Of a stretch of DNA of 64,000 nt, positions 1 to 8,046 are shown in pieces (positions within the stretch are counted from its first letter, which is position 1; each line of letters opens with the position of its first letter). Under the pieces are notes generated by a model. The model made no database searches, had not been told where the DNA came from, and worked only from the letters and a program-made list of their open reading frames with translations. Both the position numbers and the translations under genes were made by a program. The DNA comes from a bacterium (GTDB lineage Bacteria; Electryoneota; Electryoneia; Electryoneales; Electryoneaceae). The stretch spans positions 576,001-640,000 of the forward strand of contig CAXXKJ010000002.1 of assembly GCA_963675295.2 (NCBI GenBank), read 5' to 3'.

Positions 1-715
1 GCTGCGTGCGGAAGCTCGCAGTCTGACGGAAGCGGTGTCGGAGACGGCGTCCTCGGTGAAGAACGTCGAGGTGCTGCTGTGTCCGCCGTTTGTGTTGCTG
101 GACACGGTTTGTGACGCCATCGGCGACGGTCCGGTGAAGCTCGGCGCGCAGAATGTGTACAACGAGCCGAGTGGGGCGTACACCGGTGAAATTTCGGCGA
201 AGATGCTGGTCGATGCCGGCTGCGGCTTTGTCATCATCGGCCACAGCGAACGGCGCCAGTTCTTCGGCGAGACGGATGCCAGCGTGCGGCACAAGGTGAA
301 GGCGGCGCTGGATGTGGGCCTGACCCCGGTGGTTTGTGTCGGCGAAACGTTGGACGAGCGCGAGGACGGCAGCACGGCGCTGGTGATCGAACGCCAGGTC
401 AACGGCGCGCTGGAACGGTTCAAGCCGGAAGAAGTGCAGAAGATGGTGATCGCGTACGAACCGGTGTGGGCGATTGGCACCGGCAAGACCGCGACGCCGG
501 ACACCGCCCAGGAAGTGCATGCGTTTATCCGCAACTGGCTGAAGAAAACGTTCGGCAAGCAGGTCGCGGCGGAGATGCGGATTCTGTATGGCGGGTCGAT
601 GAAGCCGTCCAACGCCGAAGAACTGCTGTCTCAGCCGGACATCGACGGCGGCCTGATCGGTGGAGCGAGCCTTAAGGCGGACGATTTCTCCGCGATCATC
701 AAGGCGGCGGACTAG
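1..715 (+). CDS. tpiA: Triosephosphate isomerase (5' end lies outside the window)
   Basis: Motifs GAYTGE, IIGHSERR, AYEPVWAIGTG, YGGSMKP, DGGLIGGASL; frame is open back to the window edge. Confidence 0.98.
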   Translation, partial: LRAEARSLTEAVSETASSVKNVEVLLCPPFVLLDTVCDAIGDGPVKLGAQNVYNEPSGAYTGEISAKMLVDAGCGFVIIGHSERRQFFGETDASVRHKVKAALDVGLTPVVCVGETLDEREDGSTALVIERQVNGALERFKPEEVQKMVIAYEPVWAIGTGKTATPDTAQEVHAFIRNWLKKTFGKQVAAEMRILYGGSMKPSNAEELLSQPDIDGGLIGGASLKADDFSAIIKAAD

Positions 716-735
716 CCGGAGACTTACTTGTATGA

Positions 736-767
736 CGTGCCCGTGTCAAAAAACTTGCAGACGCGGA
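736..767 (-). repeat. REP-like hairpin repeat, family A (intergenic copy)
   Basis: Reverse complement TCCGCGTCTGCAAGTTTTTTGACACGGGCACG matches copies at 1671, 14159, 14214, 14270 and 47834. Confidence 0.85.
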
Positions 768-970
768 GGAACCGGACGCATTCAAGGACGGATCTTCCCT
801 GTTGGCGGAGTCCTCAGGGGGCACGATAGCACGACGACAAATGTTCGTGGATGAAACACGATGAGAGCGGCTCCGATTTTTCGTGTTGAGCCAGTGCTCA
901 GAACCACTTGCGGTTTCGGGAGGTCTCGCTTATCTTGCGAGGCCTTTGCCGGAACGATAGGAACCTAACA

Positions 971-1411
971 ATGCTCTACGGATTCTTTCTGATCATTCAT
1001 ATCATCGTCAGCGTCATGCTGGTGGTTGCGATCCTGATGCAGGCATCCAAGGGTGGTGGCCTCGCGGGTATCGCTGGTGGTGCAGTTGGCGCGAGCAACC
1101 AGATGTTCGGCGGCCGTCAGGCTGCGGGCATGTTGCACAAGGTGACGATTGCGCTCGCGTTGGTGTTCGGCATCAACGCCTTGCTGCTTGGCGGCTTGTC
1201 GCGGACAAGCAGTGCGCCGCGTTCGGCGACGCTGGAGGCGATTCAGTCGGAATCCAGCAGTCCGCTCGATTTCCTTGGCGATGCGGCGATTGATCCGACG
1301 GATGCGCAGATGCAGCAGGCGGAAGATACGGTCCCGACTCCAACGGACGACGGTGGTGACAACGGTGACCAGCCGGCGGAAGGTGGCGAGACGGCCACAC
1401 CACAGTTGTAG
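971..1411 (+). CDS. secG: Preprotein translocase subunit SecG with an acidic low-complexity tail
   Basis: ILMQASKGGGLAG motif, two TM helices, conserved tpiA-secG-tRNA-Leu synteny; start taken at ATG 971. Confidence 0.95.
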   Translation: MLYGFFLIIHIIVSVMLVVAILMQASKGGGLAGIAGGAVGASNQMFGGRQAAGMLHKVTIALALVFGINALLLGGLSRTSSAPRSATLEAIQSESSSPLDFLGDAAIDPTDAQMQQAEDTVPTPTDDGGDNGDQPAEGGETATPQL

Positions 1412-1442
1412 CGATGTTTCCGGCGTCCAGCCGGGTTGCAAT

Positions 1443-1525
1443 GCCCGAGTGGTGAAATTGGTAGACACGCAGTGTTGAGGGCGCTGTGCTCAATGGGCGT
1501 GCCGGTTCGAGTCCGGCCTCGGGCA
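1443..1525 (+). tRNA. tRNA-Leu(GAG), CCA not encoded
   Basis: GCCCGAG/CTCGGGC acceptor stem, TGGTAGAC D-loop, anticodon loop TT-GAG-GG, long variable arm, GGTTCGAGTCC T-arm. Confidence 0.96.
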
Positions 1526-1670
1526 CTTTCGATTGTGAGACGCGTGGATGAGTGATCATCCGCGCGTTTTTCGTTGTTGGACGCAACTGAAGCCAAAGAT
1601 GCCAAGGACGCAAGAGATGTAAAAGACAGGAAAAGACAGGAACAACCCTTCCCGGGACAGATTCTTTAGG

Positions 1671-1700
1671 TCCGCGTCAGCAAGTTTTTGACACGGGCAC
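1671..1700 (+). repeat. REP-like hairpin repeat, family A (intergenic copy)
   Basis: TCCGCGTCAGCAAGTTTTTGACACGGGCAC. Confidence 0.85.
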
Positions 1701-1720
1701 ACCGTGTTTCCACAGCCCTT

Positions 1721-1762
1721 CGCCCATCGCCTACAGCCCATAACCAACAGCCTATAGCCCAT
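1721..1762. repeat. Degenerate heptamer tandem tract (6 units)
   Basis: cgcccat cgcctac agcccat aaccaac agcctat agcccat. Confidence 0.7.
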
Positions 1763-1766
1763 TGAC

Positions 1767-1801
1767 AAAAAATGCCGCCGAATCTTGCGATCCGGCGGCG
1801 T
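1767..1801 (-). terminator. Intrinsic terminator of an unannotated minus-strand transcript
   Basis: Minus strand ACGCCGCCGGATC-GCAA-GATTCGGCGGCAT followed by a T-run. Confidence 0.8.
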
Positions 1802-1930
1802 GTGGCATGCGCCCTCAGGCGCGCAACCTCAATACGCTCGTACTGTGATCTGTCACAGACACCACCTCCATTTCCGTTTGGTTGACGGAAAGGGGACGAT
1901 CTTGCCATCCCTGCCGGACTCTCCGGCACC
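1767..1930 (-). ncRNA. Candidate structured small RNA or small-peptide mRNA
   Basis: Five closely spaced hairpins plus its own terminator; GGAGGTG RBS ahead of a 13-aa ORF (1856-1815). Confidence 0.45.
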
Positions 1931-1974
1931 TCCAAACTAACGGACAGCGGGTCTTGTCTGCAAGGGTGACGGTC

Positions 1975-2012
1975 AAAAAAATGCGAATCACACGGGACCG
2001 TGCGATTCGCAT
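1975..2012 (-). terminator. Intrinsic terminator after the receiver-domain gene
   Basis: Minus strand ATGCGAATCGCACGG-TC-CCGTGTGATTCGCAT followed by TTTTTT. Confidence 0.8.
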
Positions 2013-2049
2013 CAGAGTTTTTCTTCCAAAACCGCGTTGCGGCAGGGTC

Positions 2050-2430
2050 TTAGTTGACGATGAACTCGTCCACCTTGCTCTTGAGGTCCTGCACGCGGAA
2101 CGGCTTGGTCAGGATGCCGTCGAAATCGGTTTTCCACTCCTCTTCGTCCAGCACGTAACCCGAGACTACCACGACCGGGACACCATTCACCAGCTTACGT
2201 GCTTCGCGGGCGAATTCGCGTCCGTCCATGTCCGGCATGTCGAGGTCGGTCAGGATCAGGTCGAAGTTCTGCGAATCCTGCAGCGCCTTGATGGCCATCT
2301 GCGCCGAGGTGAGCCCGGTGACGCTGTACCCCAGCAACTCGAGCATCATCTTCGAGGTTTCCAGAATCGCGAATTCATCGTCCAACAACAGAATGGTCCC
2401 GGTGGACGAACCTGGATGAATCCCTTGCAT
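2050..2430 (-). CDS. Single-domain response regulator (CheY-like receiver)
   Basis: LLLDDE acidic pair, phosphoacceptor in LTDLDMPDMDG, VVSGY, LTKPF; start taken at ATG 2430. Confidence 0.92.
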   Translation of the reverse strand: MQGIHPGSSTGTILLLDDEFAILETSKMMLELLGYSVTGLTSAQMAIKALQDSQNFDLILTDLDMPDMDGREFAREARKLVNGVPVVVVSGYVLDEEEWKTDFDGILTKPFRVQDLKSKVDEFIVN

Positions 2431-2676
2431 CGTCAAAGCATCCCCATGCAAATAAAGCAGCGGCGCATCATCACGCCAACAGGCAACAAATCGAAACCGT
2501 AAGAAACAGCCAGCAGCAGCGTGCATGCAAGAATTCGACAGGCAATGCCGAATTCTCACGAGACTGATAGCGTCGGGTGACGAAATATAGCGTACCCGAC
2601 CCCGTAAAAGTTACATGTATTATAACTTTACTCCCGAGCCACCGAGCAACAGCCGATTTCCGAGATTTGCCTCAGA

Positions 2677-3621
2677 TCACGGTTCCGCGCGTTCGAGGAA
2701 GATGTTAAACTTGTGCTGACTATACCCGCCGAATACGCCGATCCCGCCGTGAACGTTCCACTCCGGATTCTGGGTGAAGCTCGGATCCTGCTGCATGATC
2801 ACGGAGAACATGTACATGTAGTACGATTCTGACGCGGCGTTGATGTAGAGCTCGTTCCAGCCAGACCATTCGAAGAAGATCCAGGCAATGGTCATCGAGC
2901 GCTGATCGTAGCGGGCGAACGTCCAGTTGTGGCGTTGCAGCTCGTAATCTTCGAATTGATCGTCGGGGTCGTCCGGATCCCATTCCGGGTCCAGCGGAAT
3001 CAGCTCATCACGTGGCGTTTGTGCGACGATACCGAGCACGAACCCGCGCGCACCGGCGGATTCGCTCCAGTTAATGAAGACCTCATCGTCTTCGCGGGTG
3101 AGCGACATGCTGTCGATGTTCACCGGGGTCAACGGATCGCTCTTGAACGCGGCGTAGAAGCTAAAGGTGTCCGGAATGCAGGTTTCAGCCCACACGTTCA
3201 CCCCATCAGCCGGCTTGCTGGCTTCGAGACGGTAGCTCCAGGTCGGATTCACCCGGTAATTCGGGTCCGCCGGGATGTAGTCGCCGTAGCCGTCCCGTCC
3301 CGGCGCGTCGATGAACCGCAGCACCTGTCCGGCGGAATCGACGGCGGAGCTGTCGCCATCGAGAATGGGGTACAGGATAACGTCGGCGTTTTCAATGCCG
3401 AGGTTTGAGCGGTCGTAATTCTTGTTGTAGGCTTCGGTCCACTCAAGCCGGAGCGTGTCCAGCGGAGCACCCGGTTGTGCGAAGAAGAACAGGGACGCCT
3501 GCGGTTCGAAATCGTCCGCCTCGGAGGGGTTGTCTTCGCAACCCGTCAGGATGAAGGCCGCCAGCATCAGGATCAGCAGCACCTGGATGGCGTACCGCGG
3601 AAATGTCTGAGTGATCGTCAT
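2677..3621 (-). CDS. DUF4249-like lipoprotein partner of the TonB-dependent receptor
   Basis: Lipobox ILTGC; C-terminal NVHGGIGVFGG; directly downstream of the TBDR gene. Confidence 0.8.
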   Translation of the reverse strand: MTITQTFPRYAIQVLLILMLAAFILTGCEDNPSEADDFEPQASLFFFAQPGAPLDTLRLEWTEAYNKNYDRSNLGIENADVILYPILDGDSSAVDSAGQVLRFIDAPGRDGYGDYIPADPNYRVNPTWSYRLEASKPADGVNVWAETCIPDTFSFYAAFKSDPLTPVNIDSMSLTREDDEVFINWSESAGARGFVLGIVAQTPRDELIPLDPEWDPDDPDDQFEDYELQRHNWTFARYDQRSMTIAWIFFEWSGWNELYINAASESYYMYMFSVIMQQDPSFTQNPEWNVHGGIGVFGGYSQHKFNIFLERAEP

Positions 3622-3623
3622 GG

Positions 3624-5927
3624 TTAGAACCTCACTTCGTAGCCGGCCAGCGGAAGAATCGGCAGCAATTTGACTTCAGAGAACTCGATCGGGTTTGTGC
3701 CGTCTTCACGGACACGGGTCCAGATCGCCCGGCGGCTGTAGACGTTGTAGACGCTCAGCGTCAGTTTCGCGGGCAGGCCGAAGAACTTGTGGTTGTAAAC
3801 GGCGCTGACGTCGAGACGGTGATCGGCCGGATAGCGGTAGTTGTTCAGCTCGCCATAAAGCGCGGAGCGGCCGTATTCGTCGTCGTATTCCAGCCCCACG
3901 TTCAGGTATTCGGTATAGCCGGCAACGCCCTGGGTGTAACCCTGGCCGGTGTTGTAGCGCCACTGGGCTGAAATGTCCCAGTGGTCGGTCAGCCGGTACA
4001 TTGCGATGCCGATGAAGTCGTTGCGGCGGTCCCATTTCGGGGGATACCAGTCGCCTTCGTTGAGATAGCTGTTCGGGAAGCGTCGTTCGGACCAGGCGAG
4101 TGAATAGCCGAACCAACCAGTCCAGCGTCCGGATTTCTTCCGCAGCAGGAACTCGATACCATACGACTGGCCCTCGCCTTCGAGGAACGCGTCATTGAAC
4201 GAATCGCCTTCATCGATCAGCTGGTTGAACTCGAGCAACCGTTCCATGTCGTTGTAGTACGTCTCGACGGTGAATTCGTATTCCGGGTGGAAATCGTATT
4301 CCCAGCCGAGCACATACTGGTTCATGACGGTCGGGTCGGTGGTGCCATCATACGGCAGCCAGATGTCGTAGAAGCTGAGCAGGTCGCCGGCGGAGATCAG
4401 GTTGACGAACTGGTGGTAGCGTCCCCCGGCGAGCTTGAAGCGCATCTCCGGGCTGTGGTGGTAGACCAGCGCCAGCCGTGGATCGAGACCGGTGTAGTCG
4501 CCGCCTTCGTGATAGTAGGCACGGAAACCCGGCTGAATTTCGAACATCGAGTTGATGCGCCACTGGTCCTGCAGGTAGTAGGCGACGTTGTAGGTTGTGG
4601 TGTCGATGTTGATGTAGACCAGGTCTTCCGACTCCTCGCGAACTTCGGCACCGAGCTGATTGACCTGGATACCGGTCTTGAAGCGGTGGTTCTTCAGTCC
4701 CATGTATTCATAGTCGACACGCAGGGACGTATCCTCGAACCGGTTGCGGAAATCGTCCAGCAGGTTGTTTTCGCCCTCGTTGCTCTCGTCGAGGTCCCAC
4801 AATTCCGCTCCGCTGCGGTAGTAGCTGTAGACGAATCCGACGGTGAGGAACGAGGTGTTGCTCAGAACCTGGCGCAGACGGGCGGTGCCGGTACGGTTGC
4901 CCCAGTAGCTGGAGACGGACAAGCGTGCATCCGAATCGCCGAACTCGCCGAAGAAATCGTCATGGCCGAGGTAGCCGCCGATGGTCAGCGTGGTGGTGCG
5001 GCTGAGGTCGAGGTTGACCTTGGCGTTTCCGTCGTAGAAGTAGTAGTCCGGGATATCTTCGAAGTCCTCGTTGCTGCTGCGCACAGCCTCCAGCACAGGC
5101 TCGAAGTAGGTGCGACGGAAGGATGCGGCGAACGATCCCCGCTCATCCGGCAACGGCCCTTCGAGGGCTGCGCGGGCGGAGATGAGGCCGATCATCAGCA
5201 GGCCTTCGTATTTCTTGCGGTTGCCGTCGTTGGTGATCACATCGAGCACCGATCCGGCGCGGCCGCCATATTCGGCGGGGAAACCACCCTTGATCAACTC
5301 GATATGCTTGACGGCGTCAGCATTGAACGTGCTGAACAGGCCGAACAGGTGCGACGGGTTGTAGACCGTCGACTGGTCCATCAGGATCAGCGTCATGTCC
5401 GGGCTCGCACCACGGACATACAGCGCGCTTGAGAGCTCAGACGATGCCTTGACGCCGGGGATGGCCTGGATCGTGCGCAAGACGTCCATCTCGGCTCCGA
5501 GGCTCGGCATTGCGCGCAACGTGGTGCCGTCCACCGGAACGGTTGAGACACGCGGGCTTTCGCGAATGGCCTCGTCATCCTGCTTGTCGACAGTGTAGGT
5601 GACGGTTTCCAGCGCCATCGACGTTGGCAGCAGACCGATGGTCAGCATGTCCATATCTTCGTCGGTGACGGTCACCTCGACTTGTTTCGGATAGTAGCCG
5701 AGGTAGCTGACGTGCAGGATGTGTGTGCCGGGCTCAAGGCCTGGCAGGACGAAGAACCCGTCGATATTGGTCGAGGCGCCCCGCTCTTCGCCTTCGACGA
5801 CGACATTGGCCACCGGCAAGGGTTCCTCGCTGGTGGAATCGATCACAAACCCTCGCAGGGATTGTGCTGCGTGAACCGGCAGGATCGCACAGAGTGCGAA
5901 CAACAGGCCGGTGTACAAACGGCTCAT
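3624..5927 (-). CDS. TonB-dependent receptor with N-terminal carboxypeptidase-regulatory-like domain
   Basis: Signal peptide, GFVIDSTSEEPL...STNIDGFF, plug YVRGAS and IKGGFPAEYGGR, C-terminal YEVRF barrel signal. Confidence 0.93.
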   Translation of the reverse strand: MSRLYTGLLFALCAILPVHAAQSLRGFVIDSTSEEPLPVANVVVEGEERGASTNIDGFFVLPGLEPGTHILHVSYLGYYPKQVEVTVTDEDMDMLTIGLLPTSMALETVTYTVDKQDDEAIRESPRVSTVPVDGTTLRAMPSLGAEMDVLRTIQAIPGVKASSELSSALYVRGASPDMTLILMDQSTVYNPSHLFGLFSTFNADAVKHIELIKGGFPAEYGGRAGSVLDVITNDGNRKKYEGLLMIGLISARAALEGPLPDERGSFAASFRRTYFEPVLEAVRSSNEDFEDIPDYYFYDGNAKVNLDLSRTTTLTIGGYLGHDDFFGEFGDSDARLSVSSYWGNRTGTARLRQVLSNTSFLTVGFVYSYYRSGAELWDLDESNEGENNLLDDFRNRFEDTSLRVDYEYMGLKNHRFKTGIQVNQLGAEVREESEDLVYINIDTTTYNVAYYLQDQWRINSMFEIQPGFRAYYHEGGDYTGLDPRLALVYHHSPEMRFKLAGGRYHQFVNLISAGDLLSFYDIWLPYDGTTDPTVMNQYVLGWEYDFHPEYEFTVETYYNDMERLLEFNQLIDEGDSFNDAFLEGEGQSYGIEFLLRKKSGRWTGWFGYSLAWSERRFPNSYLNEGDWYPPKWDRRNDFIGIAMYRLTDHWDISAQWRYNTGQGYTQGVAGYTEYLNVGLEYDDEYGRSALYGELNNYRYPADHRLDVSAVYNHKFFGLPAKLTLSVYNVYSRRAIWTRVREDGTNPIEFSEVKLLPILPLAGYEVRF

Positions 5928-6315
5928 ATCCTACTCCTGATCTGGGAAAGAAAGAGGTGGGTGCGAAGTTGCCCCGGAGACTTCACGATCACGTACGATT
6001 AGGACGTCCCTTTCGCGGTGGAAGGTTACAACAGACAGGCCGGGATCTCCAATTCGTCTCTCGTTGAGTGCTCTCAGGGGAAAGATTGTGGCCAAATTGT
6101 TCGCGACTTCACAATCATAGTAACGGATATGGACGCAGATTCGCCAAGTTCAGGCACGAATGTGAGAGCTTCGTGAATGCGGTGGTACTGGAGGGCTGGA
6201 ACGGGGCTGGGTGTGATCTCGCATGGAGTTGACCTGAGTGAGATCTGGCGGGTGGTCTTCAAACAATTCATTGCTACATTAGCACATGCAATCAAGCGTA
6301 GACTGAGGTAGCATC

Positions 6316-7794
6316 ATGAAGGCAGTCCGAGTGCTGATACTCCTGTTGCTGGTGATGGCGCTGGTGCCGGCGTATGCAGTGGACAAGCAGCCGATCCGCG
6401 AGATTACGGAGTTCGCGGTTGGCAGTGATCCGGAGATTTTCGCATCGATCGTCCCGACGGCGAGCGGCGGAGCATTGCTCGCCGGTTTCACGTCCTCGAA
6501 CACGATGGGACAGATGGACGCCTACCTGGCGGAGATCGATGAGAACTCCGATCTGCTCTGGGAAAGCACGTACGGCGACACGTTGTCCGAAGAATTTTAC
6601 CAGGCGTTACCGGTGGCTGGCGGCGGGTACATCGCGGTTGGGACGAGCAACTCGTATGGTGACAAGGCCTACGACCAGTGGATCGTGCGTCTCGACAACA
6701 ACCACGAGGAAATCTGGTCGCGCAGTCTCGGCGAGGATGAGTTCGGCGTCGCAACGCAGGTTGTTCCGGATGGCGAGGGCGGCTGGTATATCGGCGGTTT
6801 CCAGAATATCCTGGATGAACAGCGTGCCAGTTTCTGGGTTGCCCGGATGGATGACGACGGCGAAATCATCTGGAACAACATCTATGGTGGTCCGGAGCAC
6901 GATTTCCTGACGGCGATGGTTGACGCACCCGGCGGCGGTGTCGTTGTCGCTGGCAGCACGCACTCGTTCACCTCGGAAAATCGGGACGGCTACATCGTCA
7001 AGATTGACGAAGACGGCACGCAGGTCTGGCAGCGTGTGATCGGCGGGCCGTGGCCGGATTACTTCAACGGCATCATTCGCAACGTGGACAACCAGTACGT
7101 CCTGATCGGCACGACGCACCGCTCGGAAACGTCCGAGGAGTCGGACATGAGCGTGGTGCTGGTGAACGATGATTCGGAAGTGCTGTTCCAGACGGCAATC
7201 GGCGGGGACAGCTGGGATGAAGGCTGGGGCATTGTCCAGCTTCCGGACGAAGGTTATTACTGTGTCGGCAGCTCCTACAACCCGGACGCTGGTGTGATGA
7301 ATGGCTACGGCGTCCGTTTGAACAGCAACGGCGATATTCTCTGGTATGACACATTCGGTGACAATGACGGCTACCAGGAATTCCGCGATGTGATCATGTG
7401 GGACACGGACAACAGCCTCGTCAAGGCGGTAGGATATACGTCCAGCACGGATAATGGCGACGCCGATTTCCACACCCGTTTGATCAACTATGATGAGACC
7501 GTGGTACCGAACGAGTCGGTTGTGCGTGCGGAGAAGATGGAACTGAGCCGCGCGTTCCCGAACCCGTTCAATGCGACCACCAAGTTCAGTGTCAACCTGC
7601 CGGTGGCGGGGCATCTGGAAGTGGCAGTGTACAACCTGCTCGGGCAGGAAGTCCGGCTGTTGACGTCGGGCCGCTGGGCGGCTGGGCAGCATACGTTTGA
7701 GTGGCATGCGGAAAATGTCGCCAGCGGGACGTACGTGATTCAGGCGCGTACGGGATCGCAGTCGTTACGTCAGCGGATCATGCTGGTGAAGTAA
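6316..7794 (+). CDS. Secreted beta-propeller repeat protein with C-terminal PNPFN (T9SS-sorting/FlgD-Ig-like) domain
   Basis: Signal peptide; repeated D-x-x-G-x-x-x-W-x-x-x-Y/I-G-G units; AFPNPFN...VYNLLGQEV...SGTY...IMLVK tail. Confidence 0.85.
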   Translation: MKAVRVLILLLLVMALVPAYAVDKQPIREITEFAVGSDPEIFASIVPTASGGALLAGFTSSNTMGQMDAYLAEIDENSDLLWESTYGDTLSEEFYQALPVAGGGYIAVGTSNSYGDKAYDQWIVRLDNNHEEIWSRSLGEDEFGVATQVVPDGEGGWYIGGFQNILDEQRASFWVARMDDDGEIIWNNIYGGPEHDFLTAMVDAPGGGVVVAGSTHSFTSENRDGYIVKIDEDGTQVWQRVIGGPWPDYFNGIIRNVDNQYVLIGTTHRSETSEESDMSVVLVNDDSEVLFQTAIGGDSWDEGWGIVQLPDEGYYCVGSSYNPDAGVMNGYGVRLNSNGDILWYDTFGDNDGYQEFRDVIMWDTDNSLVKAVGYTSSTDNGDADFHTRLINYDETVVPNESVVRAEKMELSRAFPNPFNATTKFSVNLPVAGHLEVAVYNLLGQEVRLLTSGRWAAGQHTFEWHAENVASGTYVIQARTGSQSLRQRIMLVK

Positions 7795-7819
7795 CACGAG
7801 CTGTTCTGTCACGGAGACC

Positions 7820-7848
7820 AAACCCGGATCGCAAGGTTCGGGTTTTTT
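7820..7848 (+). terminator. Intrinsic terminator
   Basis: AAACCCGGATC-GCAA-GGTTCGGGTTT followed by a T-run. Confidence 0.8.
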
Positions 7849-8046
7849 CTCGTCGTTTTTTTTTAAAGGGAGTGGGCGGATGTTTTTAATTATATTGAGC
7901 TCAGGTAGTGGTTACCCTCCGGGATCGCACGGTTTTTCCTGCAGATAACTCACCTCCTGGGTTGTGTTTTCAACCGATCATACTTATATTACTATGTCGT
8001 ATTATAAGATTGCTGTTCCGGGTCAATCGCGAAATCGGAGAAATTC

